Source of the DNA: Eubacterium sp.
GTDB lineage: Bacteria > Bacillota > Clostridia > Lachnospirales > Lachnospiraceae
Length of the DNA: 64,000 bases
NCBI GenBank assembly: GCA_024684035.1
Contig: JAIKXQ010000059.1
Location: 12,232-76,231 of the forward strand
Reading direction: 5' to 3'
The notes under the pieces are model-generated. The model had not been told where the DNA came from and did no database searches. It saw nothing but the letters and a program-made list of their open reading frames with translations. Shown here in pieces: positions 57,603 to 64,000 of the stretch (within the stretch, counting starts at the first letter, position 1; every line of letters begins with the position of its first letter). A program made the translations under genes and the position numbers.

Positions 57603-58925
57603 TTACATTTCTGAATCCGCTTCTTTTTTGCCAAGCAGGTAGGTGATATACTGCTGCGCGGTTCTTCCGGAGATGCCTCCGTGGCTGAGCTCCCACTTGT
57701 TGGCACCGGCCTTCAGTTCTTCGTCGCTCATGCGGATGCCGGCTTTTTTTGCCAGTCCGCACACAATCCGGAAGTACTCCTGTTGTCCGGGTTTGGAGAA
57801 ACTGATCTGGACACCGAAGCGGTGAACCAGGGAGAGCTTCTCTTCCATGGTGTCAGATTTGTGCATGCCATTGTCATTGACCACATCCTCCCGGTCTGAC
57901 CATGTCTCTTTGATGAGATGTCTGCGGTTGGAAGTGGCATAGATCAGCACGTTGGAAGGCTTGGTCTCCACGCCTCCCTCAATGACAGCCTTGAGGAACT
58001 TGTATTCCACTTCGAAATCCTCGAAGGAAAGGTCATCCATGTAGATGATAAACTTGTAATTCCGGTTCTTGATCTGCGCGATCACATTGGAGAGATCCTT
58101 AAACTGATGCTTGTAGATCTCAATCATACGAAGACCGTCCGGGTAAAACTGATTGACGATGGCCTTGATGCAGGTGGACTTACCTGTACCGGAATCTCCG
58201 AAGAGCAGGCAGTTGTTGGCTTTTCGCCCCTCGACAAAGGCTTTTGTATTTTCAACCAGTTTCTGCTTCTGAATTTCATATCCGATGAGATCATCCAGCA
58301 TGACCTTATCCATGTTGTTGATGGCCTGAAATTTGATTCCGCCGTGTTCGTCGTTTCCGATACGGAAGGCCTTGTTCAGTCCGAACATCCCCACGCCGAA
58401 GTCTTTGTAGAAGCCGGTGATCTCATCAAAGAATTCATCTTCATCTTTTGTTTTTTCCAGTCGCTCAGAAAGAGCCCGCACTTTTTCGCTCACATTGCGG
58501 TTGTACATGAGCTCTGGTTTGACGATAGCCTGATAATCCAGGATGCGGGAAAAACAATCGATGCCAAGTTCCCTTTCCAGCCAGGAAAAATCATAATCGA
58601 AGAGTGCCTTATAAGCTTTGAAATCACCTTTGGCGAAGTAGTTGACACTGCCCTCGCTGGCTCCAACCTTTTCACAGGTGAGACTGAAAGAATTCTCATC
58701 CGTAATCAGACAGAAGGTCAGATAATTGTGCCAGAGATTCTTGTCGAAAGCAAAATCGGTGGCAACTCCCAGAATGCGCTTGATCTGACGGAAACAGCGC
58801 GTACGGAGTTCGTCCACCGGCTGCGTATGTTCTCTTGCATTTTTGCAGATATCTCCCAGCTCGGCGAGGATACTGTCTTCCGGCAGACTTCCATAAATCA
58901 AAAGGTTTGATAAAACATGATCCAT
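57603..58925 (-). CDS. DUF815-type AAA+ ATP-binding protein
   Basis: LIGYEIQKQKL..NT, NCLLFGDSGTGKST, IIYMDDLSFE, YATSNRRHL, RFG. Confidence 0.88.
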   Translation of the reverse strand: MDHVLSNLLIYGSLPEDSILAELGDICKNAREHTQPVDELRTRCFRQIKRILGVATDFAFDKNLWHNYLTFCLITDENSFSLTCEKVGASEGSVNYFAKGDFKAYKALFDYDFSWLERELGIDCFSRILDYQAIVKPELMYNRNVSEKVRALSERLEKTKDEDEFFDEITGFYKDFGVGMFGLNKAFRIGNDEHGGIKFQAINNMDKVMLDDLIGYEIQKQKLVENTKAFVEGRKANNCLLFGDSGTGKSTCIKAIVNQFYPDGLRMIEIYKHQFKDLSNVIAQIKNRNYKFIIYMDDLSFEDFEVEYKFLKAVIEGGVETKPSNVLIYATSNRRHLIKETWSDREDVVNDNGMHKSDTMEEKLSLVHRFGVQISFSKPGQQEYFRIVCGLAKKAGIRMSDEELKAGANKWELSHGGISGRTAQQYITYLLGKKEADSEM

Positions 58926-58935
58926 ATTTCTTTCC

Positions 58936-59373
58936 TCAGTTTCTGTGCTCGCCGTGGTAAGCCTCTTCGCAGTATTTGCAGCGGTAGACAGCGCGGTCGT
59001 GATCTGTCAGGATGAACACCTGATCCAGTCCCTGTTCGATGGATGTGATGCATCGCGGATTACAGCAGTGAATGACGTTACGGATCTCTTTGGGAAGCTT
59101 GAGGTTCAATTTGTCCACGATCTCTCCGTGTTCAATGACATTCACAGTGATATTCGGGTCGATAAAGCCAACGGTGTCAAGATTCAGCTTATCCACCGGG
59201 CACTCAACTTTGATAATGTCCTTTTTGCCCATTTTGTTGCTCTTGGCATTCATGATCATGGCAACGCAGCAATCCATCTGATCCAGTTTCAGATCGTGAT
59301 AAATCGTCATAGCCTTTCCGGCCTTGATATGGTCAAGTACGAATCCCTGTTCAATCGCTCCTACGTTCAGCAT
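58936..59373 (-). CDS. pyrI: Aspartate carbamoyltransferase regulatory subunit
   Basis: [17 protein letters not shown], Zn site C.NPRCIT and YRCKYC. Confidence 0.92.
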   Translation of the reverse strand: MLNVGAIEQGFVLDHIKAGKAMTIYHDLKLDQMDCCVAMIMNAKSNKMGKKDIIKVECPVDKLNLDTVGFIDPNITVNVIEHGEIVDKLNLKLPKEIRNVIHCCNPRCITSIEQGLDQVFILTDHDRAVYRCKYCEEAYHGEHRN

Positions 59374-60314
59374 TCTTTCACCTCCAGTTCCAGCAGTGTG
59401 TACATCAGTGCCATTCTCATATACATTCCCCAGTAAACCTGGTTGAAGTACGCGGCCCTCGGATCGTCATCTACATCAACCGCAATCTCATTGACGCGGG
59501 GAAGCGGATGAAGAACATACATGTCTTTTTTCGCTGCCTGAAGTTTTTCTCTGTTCAGAACATAGAAATCTTTCATGCGGACATAGTCATCCTCGTTGAA
59601 GAAACGCTCTTTCTGCACACGGGTCATGTAGAGGATATCCAGATCCGGAAGAGCCTCCTCCAGACGAATCTTCTCCACATAATCGATGTTGTTCGCTTTC
59701 AGCACATCCTCTTTGACATAGGAGGGAAGCTGCAGCTCTTCCGGTGAAATGAGGACAAATTTCACATTCGGATAACGCACCAGGGCGCTGATCAGTGAGT
59801 GCACGGTTCTTCCGAATTTCAGATCTCCGCAGATACCTACCGTCATGTCGCTCAGACGTCCCTTGCAGGTGCGGATCGTCATAAGATCTGCCAGCGTCTG
59901 GGTTGGATGCTGATGTCCGCCGTCACCTGCGTTGATTACGGGAACCGGAGAAACAGATGCTGCCACCATGGGAGCACCTTCCTTCGGATGACGCATGGCA
60001 ACGATATCCGCAAACTGGGCAGCGACGCGAACCGTATCTGCTACACTCTCACCCTTTGTCGCAGAGCTGGATGTAGCGGAATGGAAACCGATAACCTGAC
60101 CTCCCAGGTTCAGCATTGCATTCTCAAAGCTCAGTCGGGTTCTGGTACTCGGCTCATAAAAGAGTGCCGCCAGTTTCAACCTCTCGGCTGCGTGAGCGTA
60201 TTTCTCGGGTTTCGCCTCCATATCTGCTGCAAGATCCATGATTTTGTCAAGTTCTTCAACAGAAAGATCCAGCGGTGACATGACATGTCTCAGGTGTGCT
60301 AACTGTCTGTGCAT
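59367..60314 (-). CDS. pyrB: Aspartate carbamoyltransferase catalytic subunit
   Basis: [50 protein letters not shown]. Confidence 0.97.
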   Translation of the reverse strand: MHRQLAHLRHVMSPLDLSVEELDKIMDLAADMEAKPEKYAHAAERLKLAALFYEPSTRTRLSFENAMLNLGGQVIGFHSATSSSATKGESVADTVRVAAQFADIVAMRHPKEGAPMVAASVSPVPVINAGDGGHQHPTQTLADLMTIRTCKGRLSDMTVGICGDLKFGRTVHSLISALVRYPNVKFVLISPEELQLPSYVKEDVLKANNIDYVEKIRLEEALPDLDILYMTRVQKERFFNEDDYVRMKDFYVLNREKLQAAKKDMYVLHPLPRVNEIAVDVDDDPRAAYFNQVYWGMYMRMALMYTLLELEVKEC

Positions 60315-60391
60315 TTTTGTCCTCCTTCATATTCCATTTTTCCTGTCCGCTATTTTACAACATGACTATAGGTTGGTTCAAGCGGCAGCCT

Positions 60392-60422
60392 AAAAAAACG
60401 TCCGGAGAAAAAACTCCGGACG
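60392..60422 (-). terminator. Terminator
   Basis: CGTCCGGAG/CTCCGGACG stem followed by a T run on the - strand. Confidence 0.8.
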
Positions 60423-60429
60423 AGAATTA

Positions 60430-61128
60430 TCAATTATTGCCGGTGGAGTCATCCACATCCACAGCTGTGCTGTCAATGATCTCCATACCGTTAGAATCAT
60501 AATGACTTCTGCCGGAGATTTCATCTCTGATGTTATCTGCGGCCTTGCAGAAATCTGCGGTTGCTTCCGTAAAGAAATCATCTGCACGTTTTTTGAAAAA
60601 GAGACTGCTGATGGCAGTGTAAATCATAAATGCTCCCGCAATACGGAGAATAAGTTCCGTAGCGTGGAAAAGAAATGGAGCCACCAGTAGAAGAAAACCA
60701 AATACAAGGGTGAGAATTCCGCTCACAAGTGAAAGGGTGGATCTCTCCTCGCTGTAACGGGAAAAGGTGCGAACGGCAATCAGCTCCGTGATTCCATAGA
60801 AAATAAGAATGCAGGCAATCACAAGATTGAAGAGATCGAAAATAATATTCGGTCTCACTACAATCAGAAGGCCGACGAGAATGAGAACAATGCCCGTCAC
60901 GAGACTGCCTGTAGAGGCACTCTCTTCTTTGGACTGACTGTTCAGATAGCTGATGCACTGGGATACTCCCGCGATAAGAATCGCTGCGCCAATGACTCTG
61001 CACACAACTGCGATGGCTGAACCCGGTCTGATCAGAAGAAAGAGACCGACAAATAATAATAAGATGGAACAAAGAATGGCGTTCCGTTTAATACTTTTCA
61101 GATAGTTGACGATTTTACTGCTCTCCAT
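60430..61128 (-). CDS. HdeD/DUF308-type integral membrane protein
   Basis: Repeated G..L..G..LI..P hydrophobic helices with an acidic tail; start at 61128. Confidence 0.75.
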   Translation of the reverse strand: MESSKIVNYLKSIKRNAILCSILLLFVGLFLLIRPGSAIAVVCRVIGAAILIAGVSQCISYLNSQSKEESASTGSLVTGIVLILVGLLIVVRPNIIFDLFNLVIACILIFYGITELIAVRTFSRYSEERSTLSLVSGILTLVFGFLLLVAPFLFHATELILRIAGAFMIYTAISSLFFKKRADDFFTEATADFCKAADNIRDEISGRSHYDSNGMEIIDSTAVDVDDSTGNN

Positions 61129-61237
61129 GGTAAATCCCCCCGGTGTTACAGGTATAGCTGTTCTTCGCGACAACAATACCGGTTGCTTTTACTTCTTCCG
61201 CCGCACACTTCCGGCAGCGGTTCATTATTCTCGAAAC

Positions 61238-61873
61238 TTAATTGTCGAAGAATCCCCAGTTTTTCAGATGCCTGTACACCTCGGAAACCGGCAGTCCAAC
61301 AACATTGTTGTAATCGCCGCGAATACCCCTGATATATCTGGCAAATTCACCCTGAATTCCGTATGCTCCTGCCTTGTCTGCGGGATCACCTGTAGACACG
61401 TAATCCTTGATTTCCTTTTCTGTCATGGGGAAAACATCGACCTCGGTACAGACGGCAAAGGACTCTTCCTCCGCCAGCTCATTGGCAGAGAGGCTTGCGA
61501 ACGTGACACCGGTATATACCTGATGCGTCCGCCCCTGCAGCGCAGTGAGCATAGCAACAGCCTCCTTATAGGAACCGGGTTTTCCGAGAATCTGATTGTC
61601 CAGAACAACAATCGTATCTGCCCCGAGAACAATCCGATCCTCTCCTGCCATAATCAGTGAACGCTGACTTCCGTCCCTCAGCACTGCCGAAGCGGAATCC
61701 TCGCATTTCTGCCTGGAGAGATTCTTTACGATTTCTTCCGGATGATTACCCATCATCACTTCCCTGACTGTGCTCGGTCGCACCTCAAAGGGAACACGGA
61801 TCTGGGTGAGCAGTTCCTGTCTTCTGGGCGACCTCGATGCCAGAATGATTTTCTTCATATCTGTTACCGCCAT
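61238..61873 (-). CDS. maf: Maf/YhdE-type nucleoside triphosphate pyrophosphatase
   Basis: IILASRSPRRQELL, GADTIVV..LGKP, DKAGAYGIQG, NVVGLP. Confidence 0.94.
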   Translation of the reverse strand: MAVTDMKKIILASRSPRRQELLTQIRVPFEVRPSTVREVMMGNHPEEIVKNLSRQKCEDSASAVLRDGSQRSLIMAGEDRIVLGADTIVVLDNQILGKPGSYKEAVAMLTALQGRTHQVYTGVTFASLSANELAEEESFAVCTEVDVFPMTEKEIKDYVSTGDPADKAGAYGIQGEFARYIRGIRGDYNNVVGLPVSEVYRHLKNWGFFDN

Positions 61874-61900
61874 TATGTATAAATCTTTGAAAATGATGCA

Positions 61901-62246
61901 TAAGCAGAGCTGTAAGCCGGGTTATGTCGTGTGCGATCATCTATCTGTGCCTTCCCGTCGCCGGGAAGTTCAAGCGACCCACCTGAAAGCGTGACGAGCA
62001 GCCACATAGCTTTACAATTCGGTCTTGCTTCGAATGGGGTTTACATGGCACACCCTGTTACCAGGGTGTCGGTAGTCTCTTACACTGCCTTTCCATCCTT
62101 ACCGCAAAAAGCGGCGGTTTATTTCTGTTGCACTGTCCCTGGAGTCACCTCCGCCGGACGTTATCCGGCATTCTGCTCTGTGAAGCCCGGACTTTCCTCA
62201 GCCGGCCCCTTTCGGTCCTGCCGGCCGCGATCGCATACTCTACTTA
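61901..62246 (-). ncRNA. rnpB: RNase P RNA (class A)
   Basis: GAGGAAAGTCCGGGC near the 5' end, AGTGCAACAGAAA, GTAAACCCC, and ACATAACCCGGCTTAC near the 3' end. Confidence 0.95.
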
Positions 62247-62425
62247 TCGCATCCTTCATATATTACCACATGAAGCGGGACTTGTGTATCTTTTTTGTGA
62301 CACAAGAATGATTCTTCAAATCCTCAAACCATACTGCTCCCGCAGGAGCGCAAGTTATCGAAAAAACGCTTATACGCAAATGCAGTAGTTCATCATCTAT
62401 GATTTGACACTGATTGCCTGTATCT

Positions 62426-62514
62426 TGCGCACAGGGACGAAATATGCAAAGCGAACAATAGGAAGCTGAGGACTTCCGCGACGTGTTCGCGTGCATAATT
62501 CGTTTCTGTGCGCA
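62426..62514 (+). repeat. Family 1 copy D (minimal hairpin form)
   Basis: TGCGCACAG..TATGCAAAGCGAACAATAGGAAGCTGAGGACTTCCGCGACGTGTTCGCGTGCATA..CTGTGCGCA. Confidence 0.6.
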
Positions 62515-62534
62515 CCCTATAGAGTTGCAATTAC

Positions 62535-64000
62535 TCACACATCGAAACAGCTCCCCCCGATGAACTCCCGCAGTATCGAATTGATCGGCACGCTCTCCGA
62601 CGGCAGGGGGATGAAGTAATCCAGGAACTTCAAAAGGCGCAGTGCCTCGTAGTATTCCGGACAGTCTGTGGGCACCTGGAAAAGCAAAGGCTCTGCATAC
62701 ACTTTCAGAATACTGAGTTCGTAGATCAGTGCCGAGTTGAACATGACGTCAGCGTTCTCCTGGTTCGGGAAGATGTACTTCTCCTCGCCTCTTCGAACGG
62801 AGGGCCATCTCTCGATGGTCTCTCTGGCATTTGTGCCACGGGTACGGTAATCCCTTACAATCCGTCGGATCAGTCTTCCGTCGGAGGTTGAGATATAGTT
62901 GTGTTCATCAACATTCAGCTGTGTCAGCGCGCTGAGGTAGACGCGGAAGATTCTGTCCTGATCCAGATTTTCGCAGAGTTTCATGTTCAGACCGTGAATT
63001 CCCTCAATGACGAGAATGTCGTTGGAACCGAGTTGCAACCGGTCTCCCCGGTACTCCGGTTTTCCCTCCATGAAATTGAAGTGAGGCATCTCTACTTCTT
63101 TCCCGTCCAGAAGATCCGAAAGTGTCTTCTGAATCAGATCCACGTCCAGGGATTCAAGGCACTCAAAGTCCAGCTCTCCGTTTTCATCACGCGGACAGTA
63201 GGCTCTGTCGCGATAAAAGTCGTCCAGACTGATGGGATGCGGAATCATGCCGTGTGCGCTCAGCTGAATGGAAAGTCTTCGGGAAAAGGTGGTTTTTCCG
63301 GATGAAGAAGGTCCCGCGATCATTACAAACTTGATGTTGCCGCGGCCTGCAATCTGCTGGACAATATCAGAGATCCTGCTCTCCTGTAAGGCCTCGGCCA
63401 CCAGCATCTGGTGCCCGATTGATCCTTCCGTGACTTTATCATTCAGATCCGCAACACAGTTGATCCCCAGTTTGTCTGCCCATTTTTCAGATTCCTGCTG
63501 AACCTCAAAAATCTTCGAGAAGGGCTTGAAGGGCTCGACAACCGTCGGGTTGGAGGCTTTGGGCAGTACAAGCACAATGCCCTCCGCATAGGCGGTTACA
63601 TCAAAATATTTCAGAACTCCGGTATCCCCTACCATGTAGCCGTAGTTGTAGTCTTTGAATTTTTCCACCTGATACATATTTACCATGGAGACACGGCGAT
63701 AGCGGAACAGTCGTTCCTTGTCGTACATCCCCACCCGGTGAAAGAATTCCCGCGCGGTTCTGGTGCTCTGCTGGGTCTTCAGAAAGGGCTGCTTCCGCTC
63801 TACAAGTTCCAGCATACGCTCTTTTATGCTCTCAGCCAGAGATGCATCCACTTCGCGACCGATTTTTTCGATCGTGTAATAATAGCCGTTGCTGTTGGAA
63901 AAAAGAAGGCTGACATGAGGTGTTACACCCTTTCCGGCCACGTCGTAGACCGCTTTCAAAAACAGAAGGTTCATACTCCTTCGATAGGTATCCATTCCAA
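62535..64000 (-). CDS. Nucleoside (uridine) kinase family protein with ThrRS-like N-terminal region, 5' end beyond the window
   Basis: IAGPSSSGKTT, ISLDDFY, VIEGIHGLN, DGRLIRRIVRD, FNSALIYE. Confidence 0.88.
   Translation of the reverse strand, partial: GMDTYRRSMNLLFLKAVYDVAGKGVTPHVSLLFSNSNGYYYTIEKIGREVDASLAESIKERMLELVERKQPFLKTQQSTRTAREFFHRVGMYDKERLFRYRRVSMVNMYQVEKFKDYNYGYMVGDTGVLKYFDVTAYAEGIVLVLPKASNPTVVEPFKPFSKIFEVQQESEKWADKLGINCVADLNDKVTEGSIGHQMLVAEALQESRISDIVQQIAGRGNIKFVMIAGPSSSGKTTFSRRLSIQLSAHGMIPHPISLDDFYRDRAYCPRDENGELDFECLESLDVDLIQKTLSDLLDGKEVEMPHFNFMEGKPEYRGDRLQLGSNDILVIEGIHGLNMKLCENLDQDRIFRVYLSALTQLNVDEHNYISTSDGRLIRRIVRDYRTRGTNARETIERWPSVRRGEEKYIFPNQENADVMFNSALIYELSILKVYAEPLLFQVPTDCPEYYEALRLLKFLDYFIPLPSESVPINSILREFIGGSCFDV

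Overview
Core chromosomal segment of a Lachnospiraceae-like clostridial bacterium (inferred from gene content, order and protein style). It very probably spans the replication terminus: long CDSs run on the + strand up to about 5.4 kb, and almost all run on the - strand from about 8.8 kb to the end. At this switch sits a 355-aa XerS-like tyrosine recombinase with a 16-6-16 difSL-like inverted repeat just upstream (6673-6710), the divergent lexA/yneA-like pair with SOS boxes, and a second dif-like palindrome (8333-8359). The rest is housekeeping and metabolic: aroB-lspA-rluD, rplU-prp-rpmA-obgE-yhbY-nadD-yqeK-rsfS, a radical SAM pair with RNase E/G, a group B-type [FeFe] hydrogenase, a 17-gene anaerobic cobalamin cluster with no visible riboswitch, thrC, T-box-controlled leuA, putP, an ABC exporter pair, leuCD, ilvNC, ppk/ppx, pheA, pyrBI, maf, rnpB and a truncated nucleoside kinase. 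Other unusual items are a tRNA-Pro with anticodon AGG and three families of dispersed, modular hairpin repeats. No CRISPR array, prophage or intact transposase was seen. All calls come from reading motifs by eye; no database search was run.
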